Counted from the stretch's first letter, positions 22,237 to 32,134 are shown. The stretch: DNA of 64,000 nt from Patescibacteria group bacterium (GCA_016861205.1 BOKX01000001.1:136539-200538), one strand, 5' to 3'. Made by a program: numbers and translations. The notes: generated by a model from the letters alone, not told the origin.

Positions 22237-22549
22237 TTTTTCTTGCCTGGGCTAGCTGTTGTTCACCGAGTTCATCGAGAAGTTCAGCAAATTGGTGGCT
22301 GGTTAACAAGTGAAGTTCAGCGGCTGTCCGAATTGTGTCGATGAAGTAGTTAACATCTACCTGTGCTGCTTGCACCCGAGGTTCAAAGATCTTGGGGATG
22401 ACACTTTGTAAGAAATTAAAAACGAGCAGATAACTGACATCTGGTTTCTGACCTTCTTCGCAAGGTGCGTGGATAACCATTTCGGTGCCAGTTATCTGTG
22501 CAATAGTTTCAAAGCGGCGTCTCAACTCGGGATTGATAGTAGTGTTCAT
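22223..22549 (-). CDS. Hypothetical protein, about 108 aa.
   Basis: ORF 22223..22597 trimmed to the internal Met so that it does not overlap the downstream NUDIX gene. Confidence 0.35.
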   Translation of the reverse strand: MNTTINPELRRRFETIAQITGTEMVIHAPCEEGQKPDVSYLLVFNFLQSVIPKIFEPRVQAAQVDVNYFIDTIRTAAELHLLTSHQFAELLDELGEQQLAQARKTRAV

Positions 22550-22556
22550 AGACCTT

Positions 22557-23006
22557 TCACTTGGTTGGATACTTGATACTAACTGTCGGAGGTTCAACGT
22601 TGGTGAGGCAGTCTTTGGCGAGTGGAATTAACCAGTTCAAGTTGGGCATCACTTGTGGTGGCAAATTCGTTGTGGAGTACCAGGCTACAGGCTCGTCGGT
22701 TTTGGAGCTAAGGTCAGTAAGCAAGCCATCGTAACGAACAGCGAACACCTGCACGCGCCAATTTTTGAGCGAAATTTTACCAACTGACTGCCAAGCCTGA
22801 GTTGGAATGTGTAAGTTAGCTTCTTCAAAAACTTCTCGGCTTAAGCAAGTTCGCCATTTTTCTCGGGCTTCCACTTTGCCGCCCAGACCATTCAGCCTGC
22901 CATCTTGCCAGCGGGGTCGGTGCTTCTCAATCAAGATAACTTGTGACAGATCAGGTGTGAATACAAATCCCAAGGTTGCTTTGACAGAGCGAGTGATGAC
23001 AGCCAT
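22557..23006 (-). CDS. NUDIX hydrolase.
   Basis: Nudix box GGKVEAREKWRTCLSREVFEEANL. Confidence 0.8.
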   Translation of the reverse strand: MAVITRSVKATLGFVFTPDLSQVILIEKHRPRWQDGRLNGLGGKVEAREKWRTCLSREVFEEANLHIPTQAWQSVGKISLKNWRVQVFAVRYDGLLTDLSSKTDEPVAWYSTTNLPPQVMPNLNWLIPLAKDCLTNVEPPTVSIKYPTK

Positions 23007-23028
23007 GGCGGGATTCTAGCATTCACGC

Positions 23029-23454
23029 TTAAAGTAGGTCTGACAAACGAGGTTTGTCAGGGTCGAAGTAAAGCTCAAGTCCGGCTTCATGACCTGGTAA
23101 CACATTATCAGGTAAAGTGTCGACACTCACCCACTCCCAACCCTCACATTTATCAGGTTCCATCAGCTGAAGTTGGCCAGAGTACTGATCACAACTGAAA
23201 ATGAAGTGAATAAAACTACCAGCTTCTTGTTTCTCCCGAACAGTACCTACATAGACCAATTTTTGGGCTTCCAAACCAGTTTCTTCACGCAGCTCGCGGG
23301 CAGCCCCATCAATGAGAGACTCATTGGGTTCAACTCGACCTCCAGGCAGACCATAGGTACCAGCAAAGTACGAGTTCTTGCGTTTACCCAAGAGGATAGC
23401 ACGTTGTGTGGCGTTGAAAATGATAACAGCGGCGCCGATGAGTTGGTCAGACAT
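23029..23454 (-). CDS. NUDIX hydrolase.
   Basis: Nudix box GGRVEPNESLIDGAARELREETGL. Start taken at MSDQ. Confidence 0.8.
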   Translation of the reverse strand: MSDQLIGAAVIIFNATQRAILLGKRKNSYFAGTYGLPGGRVEPNESLIDGAARELREETGLEAQKLVYVGTVREKQEAGSFIHFIFSCDQYSGQLQLMEPDKCEGWEWVSVDTLPDNVLPGHEAGLELYFDPDKPRLSDLL

Positions 23455-23539
23455 GAGGTGAGTATAACGAGGTAAGCGAGTAAGGTTAAGCGCAAATTTA
23501 TACATATCAAATGAGTATCAGTGCTATAATCCGACTCGT

Positions 23540-23764
23540 ATGAAAGAGTATTTTGCACAAGCCAAGACAGCTGTTCAAACATTAATTGATCAAGGAGCTT
23601 CACCTGAAGCTATTCACTCATGTATCGCAGAATGGATGATTGCTGGGGCACTTGAGGTGCTTCCAGAAATCGACTGGGAAGCACATGATGATTTTTGGGA
23701 TAGCTTGCTCATTCCTCCATTGACTCGAGTTGGTATGACTGAAGAGAACCGTTACACGCGGTAG
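23540..23764 (+). CDS. Hypothetical small protein, 74 aa.
   Basis: ORF only. Confidence 0.3.
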   Translation: MKEYFAQAKTAVQTLIDQGASPEAIHSCIAEWMIAGALEVLPEIDWEAHDDFWDSLLIPPLTRVGMTEENRYTR

Positions 23765-23868
23765 GTGCTTAAGTTGGTGATATTTATCACAATTTTGGAG
23801 TATAATACCCAAGTTGTAAGAAGTATTTTCACCTCTCTATGGCACTGCTCTAAGTTCAACATCAACCA

Positions 23869-24639
23869 GTGGCTCCTGTTTTAGAATCAGGGTCTCGCCG
23901 CCGCCGAACGTCTCACACTCAGCCAGAATTGCCTTCTCATCCTGACTTGATCCTTAGCCACGGCGCTGATCATTTCAGCATGGCATTTGTTTTGTCGCTC
24001 ATTTTTGAGCCAAAAAAAACAAGTTTTGAACGGTGGTGGGAAGCCACGAGCCAAATCGCAGTGTTGAACTTGATGGCCGAAAGTTTAACTCGTCGGGATC
24101 TCGCTTTTTGTGAAGCTCGTCGGTCAGAGATTAAGATGATGTCCCCAGAGACAGCAGAGCCAGTTTGGAATCAATGCTTTGATGAGTTACAAGCATTTGA
24201 ACAACACTATGGACACCTCAGTGAGAGCGATCAGCAACGAGCGCTCAAGTTGGTTTTTGACACTATTCGCATTTGCCCAGGTGTTACTGTGCTCAGTGGT
24301 ACGCAGCGGTTGTTGCGGTTACAGAATGTCGGGCCAAAAGTTGCGACAGCTATTCTGGATGAAGTTGGCACCAGATGTTATCAATGGGGCGATTTGTGTG
24401 ACCAACGTCGTCACCGATATGGTGCCAAAACGGGCGTCGGTGATGCTCACGAACGATTGGATTCAGTCTTTGGTTTTAATCATCAATTGTTTGAACTGGA
24501 TCGAGAGTTAGGTCAAGAACTTGCTGCCCGTATTACGTTGCCTGAGCTAGCCATACTGGTGGGAGTTCCGGTCAGCACCTTGGTCTCATCTCGTGTGTAT
24601 CAGCCCGTGCTTGATTCGGTAGGCTTCCTCGCTGCCTAA
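23869..24639 (+). CDS. Hypothetical protein with a possible HhH motif.
   Basis: LLRLQNVGPKVATAILDEVG is HhH-like. 256 aa. Start uncertain. Confidence 0.4.
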   Translation: MAPVLESGSRRRRTSHTQPELPSHPDLILSHGADHFSMAFVLSLIFEPKKTSFERWWEATSQIAVLNLMAESLTRRDLAFCEARRSEIKMMSPETAEPVWNQCFDELQAFEQHYGHLSESDQQRALKLVFDTIRICPGVTVLSGTQRLLRLQNVGPKVATAILDEVGTRCYQWGDLCDQRRHRYGAKTGVGDAHERLDSVFGFNHQLFELDRELGQELAARITLPELAILVGVPVSTLVSSRVYQPVLDSVGFLAA

Positions 24640-24702
24640 ACTTTTTTTCTCACCGAGTTTCCATCTTCCCTCTTTTCATAGACCGCTGATTTCTTTAAGC
24701 TG

Positions 24703-25293
24703 GTGAATGTGACCGGTCGCACCCACGATTTAGCTGCATTTACCGCCCTCGTTTTGGTAGCGACGGCTTTGCCAAGTCTGCCATCGATGTCGTACGCCAC
24801 GCTCATCTTGGCTTTTGGTGCCAACTTTGTGGGTGGTTTGTTTCCTGACATTGATCAAAAAACCAGTGATTTCTGGGACAACTTTCGCCTAGGGCCATTT
24901 GTGGCTAAAGTCGTCTGTCCGTTTTTGGGTGGGCATCGAAATGTATCTCACTCATTGGTGGGACTGGTTTTGATTGGTAGCCTCGCCCATTTTAGCTTGC
25001 AGTTACTCGTGAAGCTGGTGAATTTGGAGATCGATCCAAGTGTGGTGTGGTGGGCATTTATGATTGGGGTGGTATCGCACATTATCATGGACTTGCCCAC
25101 TAAGGCTGGCGTGCCTTTCTTGTGGCCGATGGATTGGAAGTTTGGGATTCCCCCATTTCGAGCCTTGCGGATGGAAAGTGGTAAGTTTGTAGAAAAGTGG
25201 GTGGTATTTCCGGGGTTGCTGGCGCTAACTGCCTGGACGCTGTTTTCGCACTATCAGTCAGTACTGACTTTTTTCAAACAGGGACTTCACTAG
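24703..25293 (+). CDS. Membrane-bound metal-dependent hydrolase, YdjM/DUF457 family.
   Basis: Four TM segments. GHRNVSHSL and HIIMDLPT are conserved His/Asp motifs. Confidence 0.5.
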   Translation: MNVTGRTHDLAAFTALVLVATALPSLPSMSYATLILAFGANFVGGLFPDIDQKTSDFWDNFRLGPFVAKVVCPFLGGHRNVSHSLVGLVLIGSLAHFSLQLLVKLVNLEIDPSVVWWAFMIGVVSHIIMDLPTKAGVPFLWPMDWKFGIPPFRALRMESGKFVEKWVVFPGLLALTAWTLFSHYQSVLTFFKQGLH

Positions 25294-25477
25294 CACGTTG
25301 TTTCCGGTATACTCACTCCGTGGCGTTACGATGTTGTGTCACCAGCTGTTGTTGTCAAACCAATGTTTAATTGGTTTGCAGCAGTCTGTCTTTTCCCCAT
25401 ATTTTTTAGCTAGCTGAGAACACAGAGTTTTGCAAATCAAAACTTCTTTTTGATTTGTTATTTGAAGGAAAAACTCT

Positions 25478-25720
25478 ATGTCAAAATTACCAGCGTTAAG
25501 CAGTTTTACATTTCGACTAGCCCACTACGTGGTTCAGGATGACCGCGGAAATGAAGGTGTGCTCAAGATAAATTATCAGGATAACACCTATGAGCTAGAG
25601 GCAGTCTCATCACACCTCAGTCCCAAGTTTGTCAAAACAATTGACGAGGTCGCCGCTAGTTTGTTGCGCCGCAAACATGGCCAAAACTTTGTGGACCGGG
25701 TGCTACGGGGTGAGGGGTGA
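25478..25720 (+). CDS. Hypothetical small protein, 80 aa.
   Basis: ORF preceded by two AT-rich hairpins in a 180-bp intergenic region. Confidence 0.35.
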   Translation: MSKLPALSSFTFRLAHYVVQDDRGNEGVLKINYQDNTYELEAVSSHLSPKFVKTIDEVAASLLRRKHGQNFVDRVLRGEG

Positions 25721-25735
25721 AGATAGAAAATTAAG

Positions 25736-26257
25736 CTAAACTCGTTTGCCCATTTCAATCACGCGTGGCACATAGCCGAGTTTGCGATACAGCTGTTGGG
25801 CTGACTCGTTAGTGGCGTGCACGTCATGGAGCCGAATCAATTGACAACCTTGCTGTTTGAAATGCTGCTCTAATGTTGTGATCAGCGCGGTAGCTACATG
25901 TTGACCGCGGTATGCTGGTAATACGAATAACTCGTAAAAAGTAGCTGATTTGACAACACATTTTTGAAGTTCTTTATCAGGTTTATCAACAGCGCCAAAT
26001 AAAAAGCCAACCGGTTGGTCATCAGCGTTGACCGCGACTAAGAACTTGCCAGTACCATTCCGGTGCTGAGCAGTCAGGCCCAACAAATAATTACGCAACA
26101 ACTTAACAGTGTAGCTTTCAAATCGGATTGGTTTCTGAATGGAGATATGAAACTCAATGGTTTGCACGATCATGTCCAAGATGGCTGACCAGTCACTGTT
26201 ACGGTAATCTCGAATGGTAGGTTTCATTCTCACCAGAATCTCCTCTCTCTTAAGCAT
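25736..26257 (-). CDS. GNAT family N-acetyltransferase.
   Basis: YELFVLPAYRGQHVATALI...QLYRKLGY gives acetyl-CoA motifs A and B. Confidence 0.75.
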   Translation of the reverse strand: MLKREEILVRMKPTIRDYRNSDWSAILDMIVQTIEFHISIQKPIRFESYTVKLLRNYLLGLTAQHRNGTGKFLVAVNADDQPVGFLFGAVDKPDKELQKCVVKSATFYELFVLPAYRGQHVATALITTLEQHFKQQGCQLIRLHDVHATNESAQQLYRKLGYVPRVIEMGKRV

Positions 26258-26508
26258 TTTTTGACCTCATAGTAACGGCGAGTTGGAATGAGGGATCGAT
26301 CGATCCCTAACACTTGGTATTCCTCATTTGTCAGGGTGACTAAGGCATCAAGATTTTTGAACTCACGCGCCACTTTCTCTTCACAGCGATCTTGAAAGTA
26401 ATCTTGAACCAGAATGCTCAAAAACCACAATACTGGGCTCAGTATGATCAAAATAAAAATAAGAAGTAAGGTGTTTTTAAGGTAAGGAAGTAGTGGTTTG
26501 GTCGTCAT
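26230..26508 (-). CDS. Small membrane protein, hypothetical.
   Basis: 92 aa with an N-terminal TM. Confidence 0.35.
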   Translation of the reverse strand: MTTKPLLPYLKNTLLLIFILIILSPVLWFLSILVQDYFQDRCEEKVAREFKNLDALVTLTNEEYQVLGIDRSLIPTRRYYEVKKCLRERRFW

Positions 26509-27080
26509 AGTAGTGATCTTTTTTCTAACTCACGGTGTAGCTCAGGTAAAGATGTAAACTGAATCGAGTCGATACCCATCTTTTGCCCAGCTAGTACGTT
26601 ATCTTTTGTATCATCGATAAAAATTAATTCATGTGGTTTATGGCCACAAGTACTCAGCAGTAGGTTGAAGAACTCAACAGCGGGTTTTTTCATTTTATGC
26701 TCGGATGAAATGATTATTTCATCGAACAGCTCGTTTAGTTGATGTTTATGGAGAAGTTTACGCAGCAACTCACTTAGATGGTTTGAGAACAAAACAATCT
26801 GATATTTCTTTTTAAGTTGTTGAATGAGCGTAATCATTTCGCAATCAACCTGTGTTTTGTCAAAAAACACGTCCCAAATTTGCTCTGATTTAACACCAGT
26901 TGCAGTTTCAATACGATGATATGTTTCCCAGAGTCCAATCTGGCCCAAATCCCAAAGGTGGCTGCTTTCTTTAATGAGCTGGTATCGAGGATCGTCAGGA
27001 GTCAGTTTATCTCTCATCCAACTCATAATAGGGCCAGCTGAGATAACGCCTGTGTAATCAAAAACAATAGTTTTGATCAT
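26505..27080 (-). CDS. HAD-superfamily hydrolase.
   Basis: Motif I is an FDYTGVI-type sequence. IFIDDTKDNV is motif IV. Confidence 0.7.
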   Translation of the reverse strand: MIKTIVFDYTGVISAGPIMSWMRDKLTPDDPRYQLIKESSHLWDLGQIGLWETYHRIETATGVKSEQIWDVFFDKTQVDCEMITLIQQLKKKYQIVLFSNHLSELLRKLLHKHQLNELFDEIIISSEHKMKKPAVEFFNLLLSTCGHKPHELIFIDDTKDNVLAGQKMGIDSIQFTSLPELHRELEKRSLL

Positions 27081-27667
27081 TTTTTATCTGACCCATCAAT
27101 CGATGAGCGACTGTACTCTAATTCCAGCAGTTTCTCGAGCAATGGGAAATGAGTATAGGGCTGCCCAAAAGTGTTGGAGCCCATGTGGCCCTCGCTGTCT
27201 CTCAGAATCAAGGTGCCGCCCAGGTTTTGCCACATGTACAGACCCTCTTCGTGGTTACAGCCCCAAGGGTCATTGTTTGAGTTGAGGAAAATTAAATCGC
27301 GGACGTGTTGTTTAATTTTGGTCCAATCGTAACTGTCTTGCAAAATAGCTTCAGATTCTTTCTTTTCACCTTTTGGTCGAGCATAGCCAGATACTAAAAT
27401 GGCTTTGTGCACCTGGACTGATAGGTTTTCTAAGATACTTAAAATTAATGGCCCGCCGGCCGAGTGGCCAATGATGACCGTGTTTTCGTTAAAAGTTCCT
27501 TCAGACAAAACTGCTGACAACCATTTTTTGAGATCAGGATGATCTGCGTCTGGCAATTGAGGCGCCCAGACCGTGTAGCCCTGAGTTTCCAAAAAGCTCC
27601 GGATACTCGGCAGCCAAAATGCGTTAGGGGTATCGCCCGTGCCGTGTAACAAAATGGCGTTTTTCAT
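27077..27667 (-). CDS. Alpha/beta-fold serine hydrolase (RBBP9/YdeN-like).
   Basis: IGHSAGG nucleophile elbow. ILLHGTGD. Start trimmed to MKNAILLHG. Confidence 0.6.
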   Translation of the reverse strand: MKNAILLHGTGDTPNAFWLPSIRSFLETQGYTVWAPQLPDADHPDLKKWLSAVLSEGTFNENTVIIGHSAGGPLILSILENLSVQVHKAILVSGYARPKGEKKESEAILQDSYDWTKIKQHVRDLIFLNSNNDPWGCNHEEGLYMWQNLGGTLILRDSEGHMGSNTFGQPYTHFPLLEKLLELEYSRSSIDGSDKK

Positions 27668-27715
27668 TAACAGATTATAGCAGGAGAACGTAGGGTGAAG
27701 AGTTTCGCTTGAGTG

Positions 27716-27786
27716 ATGCCCCGCTTGGATTCGAACCAAGATAAACAGCTTCAAAGGCTGCTGTCCTGCCATTAGACCACGGGGCA
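27716..27786 (-). tRNA. tRNA-Gln (anticodon TTG).
   Basis: U1:A72 acceptor pair TGCCCCG/CGGGGCA. U8. Anticodon arm GCAGC-CTTTGAA-GCTGT. T arm CTTGG-TTCGAAT-CCAAG. A one-nt shifted alternative acceptor is possible. Confidence 0.85.
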
Positions 27787-27868
27787 GACAATCTGGACAA
27801 ACGCAGTAATCACCGCAGACCAGAGGCTACTATTGTACCAAACTACCCGGCCAAGTGCCAGCATGTTG

Positions 27869-28645
27869 CTAGGCGGATGGTGAGACAGATTCAGATTCCC
27901 AAACCCAGTAGTGATTCAACTGGCCAGTTTGGCCATCAGCTTTGAAATCAGCCAGCAGACGCAACGGCAGATGGTCAGTTAGGTCTGCCATTTCAGTGGC
28001 GGTAACTAAGTGGCAGTAACGATACTGCGGTTGCGACGGATCACTACTCCAGCTCAAAAAGTAGTCGTTTGGTTCCAGATCGGTTTCAGGAAAGCCTAGC
28101 TTGACGCCAGCTACTTGTTTGGCCACTAATTTTGGACTGTCAGTAAACTGCCAAGCCGCTACGACCAGTTTCCCACCGGGTTTTAAAGATTCAGTGGCGA
28201 GCTTCAAGAATGTATGGCGCAACTCAAAACTTGGTACATGATGGATAAAACCAAACGCGACAACAAGATCTGCAGTTTGGGGACTAAAGTTCGGGACACG
28301 TTTGTTATTGAGCCAATTGTCAATGAGGTCAACGGTGAAGAGCTGATGTCGGACACCGATGCCGGTGAGTTTGGTTGCAGCTTTGGCTAGCAGCGAAGCT
28401 GTTACATCGTAACCAATGTACTGCCAATCCGAAGTTGGGGTGTGCTGGTGTACAAACTCAGCCCATCGAGCATTGCCACAGCCAATGTCGAGCACAACTG
28501 CACGCTCAGAGAGCGGCAAAATGTGTTGTGCAACTTCTTCCCACCCGGCCCAAGCAGTTTGGCGGGTTTGGTCAAAGTCATCGGCAGCTGTTTGGTAGCA
28601 ATCAATGTTGAGCTGATTGAGTTGCGAGATCGTGGTTTTTTGCAC
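27869..28645 (-). CDS. Class I SAM-dependent methyltransferase.
   Basis: VLDIGCGNARW is motif I. Confidence 0.75.
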   Translation of the reverse strand: MQKTTISQLNQLNIDCYQTAADDFDQTRQTAWAGWEEVAQHILPLSERAVVLDIGCGNARWAEFVHQHTPTSDWQYIGYDVTASLLAKAATKLTGIGVRHQLFTVDLIDNWLNNKRVPNFSPQTADLVVAFGFIHHVPSFELRHTFLKLATESLKPGGKLVVAAWQFTDSPKLVAKQVAGVKLGFPETDLEPNDYFLSWSSDPSQPQYRYCHLVTATEMADLTDHLPLRLLADFKADGQTGQLNHYWVWESESVSPSA

Positions 28646-28735
28646 AGTAAAAACTATATGAACTGAACGTCATTTTATCATGATGACAGCGGAGCACTGA
28701 GTGTTATACTTTGCACTGCTTGAAAGCATTACGCC

Positions 28736-29779
28736 ATGGTAAAAAGTTTTGAAACTGAAACCTATTTTGATGAAGATGAGGTAGATCCAAGTCTCGTAGT
28801 GGCGTTAGTATACTCTTCTGACAAAGATCTAAGGGAAACGGTTGAGTTGGAAGACGATGAAGCCGTTCCGACTGAAGCTGAATTAATGGCTGTTGATGCC
28901 GACGAGCCTGAACCACAAGGTGACGTCGATGGCTTAATTGATGAGGACGACCTCGTAGGTTTGTACTTGCTTGAAATTAGACAGTACCCGTTGTTGACAG
29001 AGGATGAAGAAAAAGACCTGCTCACCAAAATTAAAAATGGTGATACAGAGGCTCGAGATCGGTTGCTGAAGTCGAACACGCGATTGGCAATTTGGATGGC
29101 TAAGCGATACAAAGGCCGAGGAGTGAGCTTTTTAGATTTAATCCAAGCTGGCAACGATGGTTTGATGTATGCACTGTCGAAATACGACGAACGCTATGGC
29201 AACAGGTTTGCAACTTACGCCACGTATTGGGTCCGACAAAAAATTGTACGAGAACTTGCCTTACACAGTAGCGCCATTCGTCGACCTTTGCGTCACAATG
29301 GACACCTGCGGTTATACCTGGACACTGTTGATGCATTAGAGGATGAGCTTGGTCGGAAACCGACCAATAAGGAAGTGTCCCTGAAAAGTGGTCTCACCAT
29401 TAAAAATATTCAAAACCTGCGCACAAAAGCGCGAGTGCCGATTAGTCTCAACCAAGTTGCCTCACTCCATGATGACACTCAGCGAGAAATTGGTGAGCTG
29501 ATTGAAGATCCGAGTAATCCCCAACCTGCAATAGTGGCTGAATTGTTAGCAATGAGCGAGCTGGCTGAGCGGATGTTGAGTGTGTTGACAGATAGACAGC
29601 GTCAAGTGATGGAGATGTTGTATGGATTCTATAGCGATATTCCTAAAAAAAACTACACTGAAGTCGGTCGACGATTAGGTGTATCCCACACTCGTATCCA
29701 ACAGATCGAGAGAGACGCCATATTCAAAATCCACCGCAAATTTTATCCTGATCACTATCGTAGCATTCTTTCCGAGTAA
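28736..29779 (+). CDS. rpoD: Primary-type sigma-70 family RNA polymerase sigma factor.
   Basis: Acidic N-terminus. Region 2 is GNDGLMYALSKYDERYGNRFATYATYWVRQ. Region 4 is TEVGRRLGVSHTRIQQIERDAIFKI. Confidence 0.85.
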   Translation: MVKSFETETYFDEDEVDPSLVVALVYSSDKDLRETVELEDDEAVPTEAELMAVDADEPEPQGDVDGLIDEDDLVGLYLLEIRQYPLLTEDEEKDLLTKIKNGDTEARDRLLKSNTRLAIWMAKRYKGRGVSFLDLIQAGNDGLMYALSKYDERYGNRFATYATYWVRQKIVRELALHSSAIRRPLRHNGHLRLYLDTVDALEDELGRKPTNKEVSLKSGLTIKNIQNLRTKARVPISLNQVASLHDDTQREIGELIEDPSNPQPAIVAELLAMSELAERMLSVLTDRQRQVMEMLYGFYSDIPKKNYTEVGRRLGVSHTRIQQIERDAIFKIHRKFYPDHYRSILSE

Positions 29780-29808
29780 ACTGGACTTGACCCTGTATAC
29801 TACCTATT

Positions 29809-31641
29809 GTGCCCGCATATCAGTTTGATTCAGCCAACTATTTAGACCAACTCGTGCCATTATTGCAAGAGTTGGATGCTATCGAGCAGCCAACTGCCAA
29901 AGACGTAAAAAACCTACTTAAAAAATATCGAAAACCAACCGGCGGCTACTTTGCGAAAGATGAGTTGGTTCAGGCCTATCGCCAACTGGCCGGCACCCAC
30001 GGTTTGCGGTCACTCCAAGCACACCTGCTGCACTTGTTGCAAATGAAACCCACGCGCACCATGTCCGGAGTCACACCCGTGACGGTTTTAACGAAGCCCT
30101 TCCCCTGTCCGGGTAAATGCATTTTTTGTCCGAATGATATTCGGATGCCGAAAAGTTACCTCAGCGACGAGCCGGGCGCACAGCGCGCTGAGCGCAACTG
30201 GTTTGATCCGTATCTGCAAACCTACAACCGCTTGCAGGCTTTTGCCAACATTGGCCACAGCGTGGATAAAGTTGAGCTGATTATTTTGGGTGGGACGTGG
30301 TCCTTTTATCCCGAACCATACCAGATTTGGTTTATTAAAGAGTGTTTCCGAGCATTGAATGATTTCGGAGCTGGACGGGATGGTCGTCCAGTAGTGAGTG
30401 AGCACTACCAACAGATGCAAGCCTCACTTGAAGCTAAGGGTGAGTTCGCACCGAGTGATGATCCCACGAAAAACCGAGCCGCGACCGCCAAGCAACAACT
30501 CAAAGGTGATGAGTTGCTGGAAAGTTACAACCAAGTAGTGTCAGAACTGTATGTGGCGCCCGAACGACGTGGTGGATTCGAGCAGTACCAATCGGCAGAG
30601 TGGTCAGCTTTGGAGGCTGAACAACGTGAGAATGAACTGGCCAAGGTTCGTAATGTTGGTTTGGTGATTGAAACGCGACCTGACAACGTTTCAGAGACTG
30701 AAGTCAAAAGAATTCGACGCTTAGGTTGTACCAAAACTCAGATCGGGGTCCAGTCTTTGCAAGATGCGGTACTGACTGCCAACCACCGTGGTCACGACGT
30801 GGCTGCTACGCGGCGAGCTTTTCAACTGTTGCGCCAGGCAGGTTTCAAAATTCATGCGCATTGGATGGCCAATTTACACGGTTCTTCTGTGACTGCCGAC
30901 CAAGCTGACTATGATCTACTATTTAGCGACCCAGATTTTAAACCCGATGAGTTAAAGATTTACCCGTGTTCGCTGATTGAAAGTGCAGAGCTGATGGCCT
31001 ACTACCAACGCGGCGAGTGGCGGCCCTACACACACCAGGAACTTTTGACCGTGCTCAAACACTGTCTGCTGGCTACGCCTGGTTACTGCCGTTTGACGCG
31101 GGTGATTCGTGATATTCCCTCCCCCGACATTGTGGTTGGCAATAAGTTAACCAACTTCCGCCAACTTGTTGAAAACGAACTGGAACAAGCTGGTCAGCGT
31201 TCACAAGACATTCGCAGTCGGGAGATCAAAAGCCAAGCTTTTGATCCTGATGCCGCCCAACTATCTGAAATTGTGTACGAGACAAGTGTGAGTCAGGAAC
31301 ACTTTCTCCAGTATCAAGTGAATGGCAAGCTAGCTGCCTTTTTGCGCTTAAGTTTGCCAACCAAACCGAGCTTAATAGATGAGCTGACGGATGCCGCCAT
31401 CATTCGCGAACTCCATGTGTATGGTCAAGCAGTAGAACTCGGTGCCCAGCGACAAGGCAAGGCACAGCATCAAGGTTTGGGCAAAAAACTGCTGGCAGCA
31501 GCTCAGGCCACTGCCGCCAAAGCTGGCTTTGCCAAGTTGGCAGTCATTTCAGCTATTGGTACTCGTGAGTACTACCGGCAACGTGGTTTCCAAGACGGTG
31601 AGTTGTATCAGAGCTGTATAATTGCTCCTCATGAAAAATGA
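29809..31641 (+). CDS. ELP3-like radical-SAM plus GNAT acetyltransferase (bacterial Elongator Elp3 homologue; tRNA U34 modification).
   Basis: FPCPGKCIFCPN is a CxxxCxxC radical-SAM motif. The C-terminus IRELHVYGQAV...HQGLGKKLL...AVISAIGTREYYRQRGF is very close to the Elp3 HAT-domain consensus. Confidence 0.8.
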   Translation: MPAYQFDSANYLDQLVPLLQELDAIEQPTAKDVKNLLKKYRKPTGGYFAKDELVQAYRQLAGTHGLRSLQAHLLHLLQMKPTRTMSGVTPVTVLTKPFPCPGKCIFCPNDIRMPKSYLSDEPGAQRAERNWFDPYLQTYNRLQAFANIGHSVDKVELIILGGTWSFYPEPYQIWFIKECFRALNDFGAGRDGRPVVSEHYQQMQASLEAKGEFAPSDDPTKNRAATAKQQLKGDELLESYNQVVSELYVAPERRGGFEQYQSAEWSALEAEQRENELAKVRNVGLVIETRPDNVSETEVKRIRRLGCTKTQIGVQSLQDAVLTANHRGHDVAATRRAFQLLRQAGFKIHAHWMANLHGSSVTADQADYDLLFSDPDFKPDELKIYPCSLIESAELMAYYQRGEWRPYTHQELLTVLKHCLLATPGYCRLTRVIRDIPSPDIVVGNKLTNFRQLVENELEQAGQRSQDIRSREIKSQAFDPDAAQLSEIVYETSVSQEHFLQYQVNGKLAAFLRLSLPTKPSLIDELTDAAIIRELHVYGQAVELGAQRQGKAQHQGLGKKLLAAAQATAAKAGFAKLAVISAIGTREYYRQRGFQDGELYQSCIIAPHEK

Positions 31642-32134
31642 AGTAACCCCATCCCAATCAGCTGACGCTGAGTTTAATCGACGGTTTTTACGAGCAGTGA
31701 GCCATCCGTTGAGAGTTGACCTTGGTTTGTACCGGGAAAATATCAGTTCACTGCGTCAGCCGAGTTTGGAAAACACGCCCACAGCGTTTTTGCTCCTCTT
31801 TTTTCAAATTCTAGGCAACGTGACGATTGCGACTTGCCTAATCAAGCCAGAATTAATGATGGAGTCAGCGACTGTTTTTGCGGAACCACCAATTCCCATA
31901 CATGAACGCATGCTACGGATCGGTTTGTTGTCTGCTATCGCTCTCGACAATCGTAAAGCCGGCCAGCCAGCTGAGTCAGTGCCCAGTCCACTTAAAGTTT
32001 TATTGCGCTATCGCTACTATCAAGTCAATCGTTTACTGCAAGGTGCTTGGGACAGAGTTCCATTCAAAAAGCACACAGGTGCTGAATTTTTTGCCACCAG
32101 TTCTCCAACCAACCCTGACCAATTCCCGGAATAA
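31622..32134 (+). CDS. Hypothetical ORF (170 aa). Its coding status is doubtful.
   Basis: It fills the ELP3-recQ gap and overlaps the recQ 3' end by 71 nt on the opposite strand. No motifs. Confidence 0.2.
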   Translation: MLLMKNEVTPSQSADAEFNRRFLRAVSHPLRVDLGLYRENISSLRQPSLENTPTAFLLLFFQILGNVTIATCLIKPELMMESATVFAEPPIPIHERMLRIGLLSAIALDNRKAGQPAESVPSPLKVLLRYRYYQVNRLLQGAWDRVPFKKHTGAEFFATSSPTNPDQFPE

